Positions 22,766 to 32,834 of a stretch of 34,136 bases of DNA are shown here, piece by piece. Position numbers and translations under genes: made by a program. The notes below the pieces were generated by a model. The model did not search any database. It was not told where the DNA came from and was given only the letters and a program-made list of their open reading frames with translations. Every line of letters begins with the position of its first letter. Positions within the stretch are counted from its first letter, which is position 1. Origin of the DNA: Malacoraja senta (taxonomy: Eukaryota); contig JAXLNO010001095.1 of assembly GCA_038087875.1 (NCBI GenBank), positions 4,004 to 38,139 of the forward strand, read 5' to 3'.

Positions 22766-23701
22766 CCCACCCCCTTATTCAGTTTAAAACCACCCGTGTA
22801 GCAGTGGCAAACCTGCCTGCCAGAATGCTTGTCCCCACCTGTAAGATGCAATCCGTCCCTTTTGTACAGTTCCCTTTTACTCCAAAACAGATCCCAGTGA
22901 TCTAAGAATCTAAATCCCTGCCCCGTGCACCAGTTCCTCAGCCACACATTCAGGTCCCGTATCTCCCTGTTCCTGCTCTCGCCAGCACGAGGAACTGGAA
23001 GCAAACCGGAGATAACAACCCTGGAGGTCCGGCTTTTCAGCATTTTTCCGAGGTCTCTAAAGTCACTCTGCAGAATATTCATCCCCTTCTTTCCGACATC
23101 GTTTGTGCCGACATGCACTACCACTTCCGGCTGTTCACCTTCGCCCTTGAGGATTTTCTGCACTCTGTCCGTGACATCCTGGATCCTGGCACCAGGAAGG
23201 CAGCACACCATCCTCGAATCCCGTCTGTTGCAGCAGAAACCCGTCCGTACCTCTCACAATGGAGTCTCCCACTACAATGGCGTTGCCTGACTTTGGCCTT
23301 TTTGGTTTTGGCTCAACAGCCCCATTCGCATCGCAAGCCAGTCTGCCGCTCAGTGTTAAAACGTCTTCTGTCCCGACAGCTTCTAAGTGAGTGAACCTGT
23401 TCACAAGTGGTACAACACCCGGGGACGTGTGCATTCCAAGCTTCCCTCCCTTTCTCACTGTCTCCCACCTTCTCTCTTCCAGTACCTTAGGGGTAACAAT
23501 ATTACTGTAGAACTTGTCGAGGAACGACTCCGTTTCTCGGACAAACCTGAGGTCATTCACTTGCTTCTCCAGTTCCCCAACACGGTCCTTCAGGAGCTGT
23601 ACCTGGATGCACTTGTCACATTTGTAGCAGCCAGAGGCACCAGCAGTGTCCTTGACCTCCCACATACTGCAAGCATCACACTGAATCAGCTTGCCTGACA
23701 T
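22750..23701 (-). pseudogene. CR1 ORF1 (Cys-rich zinc-finger/coiled coil + SGNH/GDSL esterase-like domain), frameshifted
   Basis: CDACSMW...CDKCIQVQLLKDRVGELE, IVVGDSIVRG, VHVGTND, DGLH; frameshift near 23200. Confidence 0.85.
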
Positions 23702-24269
23702 CTTCTTCTTTCGTCTCTCCCTCTGCAGTGTTTTGCGTAGCCTTCTCTCCTCAGCCTCCTCGCCGAAGACTCTCGAGCCAAAGACTCACACTTTTCTCAC
23801 AGGGCACTTCCCTCACATGGCACTTCCCTCACAACGCCGCCCCCTCACTGCCACTCCCTAAGAGCAGTCTTGCTTATATTGACTGATAAGTTGCCTACTT
23901 TATCAATTTACAATCGTTCCATAAGCTAGGGTTCTGTCCAATTGACCACTACCCCATTACAGACAGTGGACTTTGTTTATGGAACTATGTAGGAAGGAAC
24001 TGTAGATGATGGTTTAAACTGCAGATAGACACAAAATGCTCGAGTAACTCAACGGGTCAGGCAGCATCTCTGGAGAGAAGGAATGTGTCACGTTTTGTGT
24101 CGAAACACATATCTAATGGAACTGGTGTGCTACATTGCTGAGAACTATATGCCACACTCTGTACCTTCCCCTTTGCTCTACGTACAGTACTTGAGTTGAC
24201 TTGATCATATATATGTATGTTGTTATCTCATCCAATTGGATAGCATGCAACTGTACCTGGAAAGTTGCT

Positions 24270-24530
24270 GCCTTACAGTACCACAGACCAAAGTTCAATC
24301 CTGACAATGGGTGCTGTCTATATAGAGTTCATATATTCTCTCTGTGACCATGTGAGTTATCTCCGGGTGCTGCAGTTCCGTCACATTCAAAGACGTGCAG
24401 GTTTGTAAGTTTTTTGGCTTCTGTAAATTGTCCGTAGTGTGTAGGATAGAACTAATATTTGGGTGGTCGTTAGTCAGCACAGGTTCAGTGGGCCAAAAGG
24501 CCTATTTCAATGCTGTACCTCGAAACTAAA
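24270..24530 (+). mobile_element. tRNA-derived SINE
   Basis: gttgctgccttacagt...aagttcaatcctgac...caaagacgtgcaggtttgtaag...cgaaactaaac. Confidence 0.65.
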
Positions 24531-24569
24531 CGTGACAATAACAAACCGAAACTTATCCCTGTGCCTATC

Positions 24570-24759
24570 TGTAGATTAGTGTCACTCATACTGTGGCTCC
24601 GCCCACAGGCTTATTAGACAGCTCTCTCTCTATCTCTCTCTCTGGTAGACTGGTAGTAAGCATGCTGAGAAGAAAGCACCTTGTGTTTCCTCTGCAGAGT
24701 TACTAATAAAAGACTATGGATTCTAACCACTATGTGTGAGTTTGATCATTCTTCCAACA
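24570..24759 (+). mobile_element. Solo LTR (~190 bp); its last 5 bp are duplicated at 27065-27069
   Basis: Starts TGTAG, ends CAACA, AATAAA at 24705-24710; 5-bp TSD CTATC at 24565-24569 and 27070-27074 once the intervening TIR element is removed. Confidence 0.75.
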
Positions 24760-26024
24760 CAGGAATCGAAATTAGCGGTTGCCCGGTGCCCGTGGCAACT
24801 TACAGTCCCGCAGGGCAACCTAAAAGCCATGCCATTTTGCCCGGCTTGGCAAGCAACCGGGACACCTGCCCGCCATCCGTGTCCGGGTCTCGGGTCTCCG
24901 CTCAGCTCTCGGCTCTCGGCTCTCGGGTCTCCGCTCGGCAAGGCCGGCCGCCGAGCACTGCACATGCGCACTGCCACGGCAACTGGTCGGCGTCGGCCAC
25001 TTTCTCCCTCCCTTTGCATTGTGGGAGTTCTGGCCGCCATTGCTCTCCGGTCGCTGCCTCAGCTGGAGTAACTCTTGCTTCTTGGTTTCCAGGTCCTCCA
25101 AAAATATTCGAAATGGAATTTAAACTGGTGGACCCACCACCACCAAACTCCAAACTGAAAAATAACAGCCTATTGCATTTTATCCGTTTATTTATTGTGT
25201 ATATATATGGTCTATAGTATGGAGACACACTGAACTTTTATCTCCTGTTCTGTATTATGTTTACATATTCTGTTGTGCTGCAGCAAGCAAGAATTTCATT
25301 GTCCTATCTGGGACACATGACAATAAAACTCTCTTGACTCTTGACTTGGACTTAAGCAAAAAAGGGTTCTTGGGGGGAAAAAAACTACCTTAAATTTAGT
25401 TGCATCTGGTTGGGTACCTATAGTAGGGTGACAACTATTCCATGCTTTAATTGTGCGGGGGAACTCCATGGAGCAGCCAGCATCTCTGGATAGAAAAAAT
25501 TGGGTGACATTTCTGGTAGAAACCCTTCTTTACATTTCCTCTGGTTTTAGTGTTTTTAGTTTAATTTAAAGATACAGTGTGGAAGCAGGCCCTTCGTCCC
25601 ACTGAGTCCACGCCGACCACCGATCACCCGTACTCTAGTTCTATCCCACACATCAGCAACGTAAGTCAAGACTGTTTTATTCTCTCACGTCCCAGTTAGA
25701 ACAATGAAATCCTTACTTGCAGCAGCACAACAGAATATGTAAACATAGTACTCTGTAAACAATGTTATAAACGAGAAAACAAAACTCCACACAGACAGCA
25801 CCCATATTCAGGATCAATTCTGGGTCTCTGGCAATATTAGGCAGCCAATTTATGGGCAATGTACTGCCCCAATAGCCTTGAACTGAATTAAAGCATACAG
25901 TAGCTGTAAAGGGGGACATAGCGTCACTTAGAGATTTAAGACTGAAAATGGATAGTTTCTTTTTTTTAGTAACCAAACCAAAGTTATAAACGTATCATTT
26001 TTTGTGTGTTGGAAAATAAAATAT

Positions 26025-26250
26025 AATGGCACAGCTGGTGGATTTGCTGCCTCACACGCCAGAGACCTGTGTTCAATCCTGTTCTCGGGCACTGTCTGTG
26101 TTGAATTTGCACATTCTCCCTGCAATCATGTGGGTTTCCTCCCACATCCCAAAGACGCATTGGCTTTGTAGGTTAACCTGTCTCTGTAAAATTGCCCCTA
26201 ATGTGCAGGAGTGGGTGAGGAAAGTGGGATAACAGAACTTGTGTGAATGG
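26025..26250 (+). mobile_element. tRNA-derived SINE inside the hAT-like element
   Basis: tggcacagctggtggatttgctgcctcac...tgttcaatcctg...tttcctcccacatcccaaagacg. Confidence 0.65.
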
Positions 26251-26254
26251 GTAG

Positions 26255-26700
26255 ACAAAAATGCTGGAAAAACTCAGCAGGTGAGGCAGCATCTATGGAG
26301 CAAAGGAAAAAGGCGACGTTTCGGGTCGAGACCCTTCTTCAGACTGATGTCGGGAGGGGTGGGGGGGGGAAAGAAAGGAAGAGGCGGAGACAGTAGGCTG
26401 TGGGAGAGCTGAGAATGGGAGGCGGGGGGAGGGAGAAAGCAAGGACTATCTGAAATTGGAGAAGCCAATGTTCATACCGCTGGGGTGTAAACTACCCAAG
26501 CAAAATATGAGGTGCTGTTCCTCCAATTTGTGGTGGGCCTCACTCTGGCCATGGAGGAGGCCCAGGACAGAAAGGTCGGATTCGGAATGAGAGGGGGAGT
26601 TGAAGTGCTGAGCCACCGGGAGATCAAGTTGGTTATTGCGAACTGAGTGGAGGTGTTGTGCGAAGCGATCGCCATGCCTGCGCTTGGTCTCACCGAGGTT
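26255..26700 (-). mobile_element. Penelope-like element 3' fragment (GIY-YIG C-terminus + pLTR)
   Basis: GETKRRHGDRFAQHLHSVR...PVAQHFNSPSHS...KLEEQHLIFCLGSLHPSGMN, followed by the terminal repeat. Confidence 0.85.
26311..26345 (-). ncRNA. Minimal type I hammerhead ribozyme motif in the Penelope pLTR
   Basis: Minus strand: CTGAAGA-A-GGGTC-TC-GACCC-GAAA-C-GTC; intact CUGANGA and GAAA boxes, 5-bp stem II, palindromic ACGT stem III, GUC cleavage triplet. Confidence 0.7.
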
Positions 26701-27759
26701 GATCATACGCTAAATAACCATATTTTTGTTTGGAAGTGGAAAGAGATAATATAAATTGCATTCATTGCAACGTGTAAACAGAGATGAGATACTGTATTGT
26801 AATTTTGCTGCATGTCATTGTGGTATATATCATGTCTTCATTGGTGAATATGTTCAGTTTGTGACTTTATTTGAAGCAGAAATAATATGTGAATGTTTCA
26901 TTGACCATAATTCTGACGTGTATCTACGCACTTCATCCGAGCACATTATCGCACGCGTCATGCAAGCCATCTTAAATGACAACCTAAGCTGTCATTTGGC
27001 AACCTAAAAAGCTGCCGAGGTTGCCCGGCTGGCAACAGGGGAAAAAAGTTAAGCGAGAGCCCTGCAACACTATCTCTTGTGTTGTTCCGTCTCTGGAACT
27101 AAGTGGTAGCTGCGCTTAACTGTTGTAGCATAACTGTTTATGCTGAACAGTTTATGAAAAAAGTCTAAAAAGGATTAAAAAACAAGTGATTCCAGCATGT
27201 TGAAAGATAATTGGGACTGATACGTAATGGGTGGCACAGCGACACAATTCCAGTGACGAGGGTTCGATCACATCTTGAAACAGAAAATCTTAAACTGAGG
27301 CAGGCGCCTCTACTTCATCAATCCAGTGCTGTTATGGCACTGGGCCTTAACATGAGAATATGAGAAATTGGGTATTTCCTTGGGGCAAAATCAGACTTTT
27401 CAGAGACTTGGAAGCTGCAAGATAGTCCTGAAATGTGGTGGATCTCTGCGTGCTTTTCCAGAAGAGGACGAATTGTACTTATGTACAGTATGACTTGACT
27501 GGAGAGAATGCAGAACAACCATTTCACTGCAGATAGACACAAAAAGCTGGAGTAACTCAGTGGGACAGGCAACATCTCTGGAGAGAAGGGACGGGGTGTC
27601 CAGCATCTGCTGTTCCATCCAAACCATTTCACTGCATCTCTGCATGCATGAAATTAAACAGAGTTATATAAAATGCAGCACATACTGCAGTACTCAAGTA
27701 GGTCAGGCTGTCCTGATTTTGCAGGTGGATAACTTAACTGTAATATAAAAAAAACACAA

Positions 27760-28100
27760 AAACGTGCAGGTGTAACTCAGTGGTTCAGGCAGCATCTGGA
27801 AGACATGGTTATGTAATGTTTCAGCTTGGGATCCTGCTTCATACTTCTTGCATCTTGTCTTTCTGTCTTCAACTTAACAGTTGAAATGACCAGTTCTTTT
27901 ATCGACAGGGAATGCAACTCGTTGAATGTGGAATTGAGTTTGAAAGGCTGCAACATGTCAAGGCAGAAGCTGAGTTGTTGGTCCTCAAGGTTACTTTCAC
28001 CCTTGTTATCCTAGTGTAAGAGGTACAGATGGATGGATCATGGTGGGTGTTGAATGGAGAATTAAAGTGGCAGGAATTAGGAATCTTAGAAAGTTCCATG
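27760..28100 (-). mobile_element. Old Penelope fragment
   Basis: Minus strand LEDQQLSFCLDMLQPFKLNSTFNE parallels the KLEEQHLIF...G.N C-terminus at 26446-26520, followed by a degenerate pLTR. Confidence 0.55.
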
Positions 28101-28574
28101 GATTGAATGCAGGTTCTCCAGAAAGCAGCCATTCTATTTGTTTCATTGATGCAATGTGGAAGATTACGTCATGAAAACTAAATGCAGTAGATTTGACTGG
28201 AAGTGCTAGTGTTTCACGCTGTTTCACTTTGAAGAACTACCTGGGTCTATGGACAGTGGTAAATGGATAGATGTTGCATGCACCAAGACAGGAAAGTAGA
28301 GGAATGTTGTGGGCATAGTAGACAGACCAGGGAGTGTAAAAGGGAATGACTACTTCAAGATATAGAATGGGGATCAGGGCAGGAGGGGAGGGAGAAATGG
28401 ATTGACTAATTGAATCAGATTTAAACTGGGAGTAAGTATTCAACATGGAGGCTGGAGGAGTGGAAAACATATCCCTGCCCTGTCCAATGAGAATATATAG
28501 AACATAGAACAGTACAAGAACAGGACTTTCAGCCTGCAATGTCCATGTCGAACAGGATACCAAGTTAAACTGAG

Positions 28575-28870
28575 GCAACACAGAGGCACAGTGATAGAGT
28601 GGCTGTCTTACAGCATTAGAGACCCGGGTTTGATCCTGACTAGAGTGCTGTCTGGACGGAGTTTGTACCTTCCCTCTGTCACCCTGTGGGTTTTCTCTGG
28701 GGGCTCCGGTTTCCTCCCAAATACAAAAGACGTGCATGTTTGTAGGTTAATTGGCTTCTGTACATTGTCCCTAGCTTGTCGGACAGAAATAGTGAATGGG
28801 CAATTGCTGGTCAGTGCGGACTCAGTGGCCCAAAGTTCCTGTTTCCATACTCTATCTCTAAACTAAACCA
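28575..28870 (+). mobile_element. tRNA-derived SINE
   Basis: ggcacagtgatagagtggctgtcttacagc...cccgggtttgatcc...tctctaaactaaac. Confidence 0.75.
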
Positions 28871-29179
28871 AAACTCATCTCCACTGCCTGCATGTGATCC
28901 ATATCCTTGTATTCGCTGCACATTCACAAGCCTGTCCAAAACCTTCTTAAGCACCATTATCATGTCCTCCTCTACCACCACTCCTGGTAGCGCATTCTAG
29001 GTATCAAGCTCTCTCTGCAAAAAACACTTGACCTGCACAACTCGTGTAAATTTTGCCCTTCGAAGCTTAACGCTATGCTCCTTTGAGATGTGTGAAAGAC
29101 ATGCAATCCCATTAGGGGCTGTCAACTGTGGTCAAGAAAATCCATGGTTAACTAATATGAAAGACATCAATTGCATTTA

Positions 29180-29470
29180 CTCCCTGTCAAGCAGGGATGT
29201 AATGCTGAGGTTCTATAAGGCACCAGTCAAGCCACATTTGGAGCACTGTGAGCAATTTTGGGCACCATATCTGAGGAAGGATGTGCTGGCTCTATAGATG
29301 GTCCAGAGGAGGTGTACAAGAATGATCCCAGGAATTAATGGGTTAACATATGATGAGCATTTGATGGCTGTGGACCTGTACTCGCTGGATTTTAGAAGAA
29401 TAAGGGGGGACCTCATTGAATCATACCAAATAGTGAAAAGCTTGGATAGAGTGGATGTGGTGAGGATCAT
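29180..29470 (+). mobile_element. CR1 RT C-terminal fragment
   Basis: FYKAPVKPHLEHCEQFWAPYLRKDVLAL, then VQRRCTRMIPG...LYSLDFRRIRGDLIE. Confidence 0.8.
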
Positions 29471-29544
29471 TTCTGGGGTCATTAACCCTCCCTTTACTCT
29501 CTTTCCCTTCAACTCCGTCATCGACTATCCCAATGGCCATGAGA

Positions 29545-29840
29545 GGGGGGGGGGGGGTCCAAGAGGATGGGGTCCGTTGGAGACGGGAAAAGGGATCATC
29601 AATGGGGGGCGAGGACTCCTTCCCGTGGAAGAATGGTGTGAGGCGGAGGCGACGGAAGAAGAGTTCCAAATCGCGGTGGGCGTGGAACTCATTGAGGTGG
29701 GGATGGAGGGGGCCAAAGGTGAGGCATATGCTGAGGACAGACCGTTCGGTATCTGAGAAGGGGGAGGTCAGGGGGGATGGCAAACACACGGCAGGGCCGA
29801 GGGTTGGGACCGGAGGAAGGCAGGTGGGTGGACTGAGGTG
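29545..29840 (-). mobile_element. Penelope-like element, N-terminal ORF fragment
   Basis: SDTERSVLSICLTFGPLHPHLNEFHAHRDLELFFRRLRL...DDPFSRLQRTPSSWTPP, typical of vertebrate PLE ORF N-termini. Confidence 0.7.
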
Positions 29841-29844
29841 ATAG

Positions 29845-30633
29845 AAACATAGAAACATAGAAAGTAGGTGCGAGAGCAGACCACCAGGTCCATCGAGCCC
29901 GCACCGCCATTCGCTCATGGCTGAACACCAAACAAACAAACACCCCCACCCACAAACAGTAGACACAAGACACAGAACACAAGACACTACCCTCCCCTTT
30001 ATAGCGCTATCACCCCTCTCCACCCCAAGAACCGAGTGATCTCCTGGGGGAGGCAAAAAACCGGATAAAAACCCAGGTCCAATTCGGGAAAAAAATCCGG
30101 GAAATTCCTCTCCGACCCCAATCCAGGCGATCGACACTTGTCCAGGAGATCACTCAGGTCTTACTATACTAACCCTACCTAGGTCCATATCCCTGCCCTC
30201 TCCCCGTAGCCCCTTATCCCCTTGGCAGCTAAAAAAACATCTATTTTAGACTTAAATATATTTAATGTTTCTGCTTCCACTGCTCCCTGGGGCAGTGAAT
30301 TCCATAAATTAACCACCCTCTGGGTGAAGAAGTTCTTCGTCATCTCAGTTTTAAAAGAGCCCCCCCTTATTCTACAACTATGTCCCCTAGTTCTAGTTTC
30401 CCCGATCATTGGGAACATCCTCGGTGCATCCACCCGATCAAGGCCCCCACGATCTTATATGTTTCAATGAGATCGCCTCTCATTCTTCTAAACTCCAAAG
30501 AGTAGAGTTCCAGCCTACTTAACCTTTCCTCATATGTCAATCCCCTCATTGCAGGAATTAATCTTGTAAACCTTCGCTGCACTGCCTCCAGGGCCAGTAC
30601 ATCCTTTCTTAAGTATGGACCCCAGAACTGTAC
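29845..30633 (-). mobile_element. CR1 3' fragment, long-3'-UTR subfamily
   Basis: [27 protein letters not shown]...; ~300-nt distinct 3' UTR; (TTCTATGT)n tail at ~29850-29870. Confidence 0.85.
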
Positions 30634-31395
30634 ACCAGAATCAGATGGTGGCTGATTATGAAAAGGGGAGATGCAACGAGACCTGGGTGTCATGGTACAC
30701 CAGTCATTGAAAGTAGGCATGCAGGTGCAGCAAGCAGTGAAGAAAGCGAATGGTATGTTAGCATTCATAGCAAAAGGATTTGAGTATAGGAGCAGGCAGG
30801 TTCTACTGCAGTTGTACAGGATCTTGGTGAGACCACACCTGGAGTATTGCATACAGTTTTGGTCTCCTAATCTGAGGAAAGACATTCTTGCCATAGAGGG
30901 AGTACAGTGAAGGTTCACCAGACTGATTCCTGGGATGTCAGGACTTTCATATGAAGAAAGACTGGATAGACTAGGCTTGTACTCGCTAGAATTTAGAAGA
31001 TTGAAGGGGGATCTTGTAGAAACTTACAAAATTCTTAAGAGGTTGGACAGGCTAGATGCAGGAAGATTCTTCCCGATGTTGGGGAAGTCCAGAACAAGGG
31101 GTCAGTTTATGGATAAGGGGGAAATCTTTTAGGACCGAGATGAGAAAAACATTTTTCACACAGAGTGTGGTGAATCTCTGGAATTCTCTGCCACAGATGG
31201 TAGTTGAGGCCAGTTCATTGGGAATATTTAAGAGGGAGTTAGATGTGGCCCTTGTGGCTAAAGGGATCGGGGGTATGGAGAGAAGGCAGGTACAGGATAC
31301 TGAGTTGGATGATCAGCCATGATCATATTGAATGGCGGTGCAGGCTCGAAGGGCCGAATGGCCTACTCCTGCACCTATTTTCCATGTTTCTATGT
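30634..31395 (+). mobile_element. CR1 3' fragment (same subfamily as 19645-23870)
   Basis: QRDLGVMVHQSLKVGMQVQQAVKKANGMLAFI...; 3' UTR nearly identical to the reverse complement of 19670-19800. Confidence 0.88.
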
Positions 31396-31619
31396 CCTCT
31401 CCACAACGAATATAAACCTCACCTGCATTTTAATCCCCCCCCCCCCCCCACAACACCAAAGCCTCCTGAATCGCAAGCACAGCACCACCGATGGTAGGGT
31501 TTGTAACAACGCCACTATGTCAAAAGTTTTATACACCTTGGTGGATCGGGCCGAGGCCCCCCTAGATCTCGAGGCCCTAAACTTAAGCTTGTCTGGTTCA
31601 TACGTAAATCCGGCCCTGG

Positions 31620-31750
31620 TGGGAGGAAACCGTAGCGCCCGGAGAAAACCCACGCAAGTCAAGGGGAGAGAACGTGCAAACTCCGTACAGACAGCGCCCG
31701 TGGTCGGGATGGAACCGGGGTCTCTGGCGCCGTGAGGCAGCAACTCTATG
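31620..31750 (-). mobile_element. SINE 5' part
   Basis: Reverse complement gagttgctgcctcacggcgccagagacccggttcc...gtacggagtttgcacgttctc. Confidence 0.6.
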
Positions 31751-31815
31751 ACCAGAGAGGGAGGGAGAGGTGAATACTTCTCTTTCCCTCGTCCATCTCT
31801 TCCCTCTCTCCCTTC

Positions 31816-31891
31816 AAAACTTTCTCAAAACATTCTCAAAAGTTTCTCCAAACTTTCTCCAAACTTTCTCACAACTCTCCCAAACTTTCTC
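31816..31891. repeat. 11-bp minisatellite (CAAACTTTCTC)n, ~7 units, in a pyrimidine-rich tract
   Basis: aaaactttctc aaaacattctc aaaagtttctc caaactttctc caaactttctc acaactctcc caaactttctc. Confidence 0.85.
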
Positions 31892-31989
31892 TCACACTCA
31901 TTCCCTCCCTCTCTCCCTCCTCCCCCCTCCCTCCTTCCTCCCCCACTCCTTTTTCCTCTCCACCCCACCCTCAAAGGACCAAAACAACA

Positions 31990-32520
31990 AAAAAACACCT
32001 AGAACCAACATTCGGCGTTTCGCCCTCCACCCGGACACCTGAGACCCGCCGTCCCGCTTTGCCAGCGCCGGTGCGTCGCCCTAACGCGTCCCCCGTCCCG
32101 CCGGGAAGCGCCACGGGAATGCAGCAGTGAAGATCAGGTAAAAATAAAAGCGCTGCCATGCAGCGGGGAGGCAGCAATGCAGCCAGTGATGCATGCATTC
32201 CCTTTAATGCAGCAGGGGGAGCATGCACAGGCGCTGGCAGGCGGTTCCCCACAATTTATAACTCACACTATATCCACACTTAATGTGGCCCTTGCAGGCC
32301 GATTTCTGTCTCATTTCCAAACTATTTGCCCCCAAAACTCCCCCAAATTCACCAAACCGACCTTGCGGGACAACGGCGTGGATGCGGGGAGCCCAGAGCG
32401 TCCGGAAAAGGCCCATTCGGCCCATTTCACTCCTGCTAGCCCACACTTGGCATTGTCTCCATTGGACCTTTCTGAATTTGTAGTCAGCAGGGCAGTTCTC
32501 TGCATATCGCCAACTTACCG
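31990..32520. promoter_or_regulatory. GC/CpG-rich non-repeat island, possibly a gene 5' region
   Basis: High CpG density (especially 31990-32120) against an AT-rich, CpG-poor background; not recognisable as a local repeat; donor-like sites on both strands. Confidence 0.35.
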
Positions 32521-32539
32521 AGTCCACTCCACCTTGCAA

Positions 32540-32722
32540 NNNNNNNNNNNNNNNNNNNNNNNNNNNNNNNNNNNNNNNNNNNNNNNNNNNNNNNNNNNNN
32601 NNNNNNNNNNNNNNNNNNNNNNNNNNNNNNNNNNNNNNNNNNNNNNNNNNNNNNNNNNNNNNNNNNNNNNNNNNNNNNNNNNNNNNNNNNNNNNNNNNNN
32701 NNNNNNNNNNNNNNNNNNNNNN
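32540..32722. other. Assembly gap (183 N)
   Basis: Run of N. Confidence 1.
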
Positions 32723-32830
32723 CCTCTGCCCCCTCTCTGCCTCTCTCTCTCCCCCTCTGCGTCTCTCTCCCCTCCCTCTCTCCCCCTCTATCTCCCCCTC
32801 TCTGCCCCTCTCTCTCTCCCTTTCCCTCCA
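32723..32830. repeat. CT-rich low-complexity tract
   Basis: Degenerate (CT)n/(CCCTCT)n. Confidence 0.9.
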
Positions 32831-32834
32831 TCCC

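Larger units (their letters stand above)
19645..23870 (-). mobile_element. Near-full-length CR1 LINE (~4.2 kb)
   Basis: 5' UTR, ORF1, ORF2 and 3' UTR, ending in the (TTCTATGT)n terminal microsatellite (atagaaac repeats on +). 5' boundary approximate. Confidence 0.92.
24760..27064. mobile_element. hAT-like TIR element with a 5-bp TSD, filled with retroelement fragments
   Basis: CAGG...CCTG termini (CAGGAATCGAAATTAGC vs reverse complement CAGGGCTCTCGCTTAAC), clustered GGCAAC/GTTGCC subterminal motifs at both ends, TSD CAACA (24755-24759, 27065-27069). Confidence 0.72.

Noticed and set aside
19950-23698. Several plus-strand ORFs of 100-158 aa overlapping the CR1
   Set aside because: Antisense shadows of CR1 ORF1/ORF2 with no independent motifs.
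27400-27498. Minus-strand acceptor followed by SSHTVHKYNSSSSGKARRDPPHF, faintly like an alpha1 start (SHSLRY...P.F)
   Set aside because: That frame is phase 0, stops after 32 codons and lacks the later alpha1 motifs; the phase-1 frame is not MHC-like.
31540-31618. Single TIR-like end (aatccggccctg) of a small DNA transposon
   Set aside because: No partner end or TSD found, so the element cannot be delimited.
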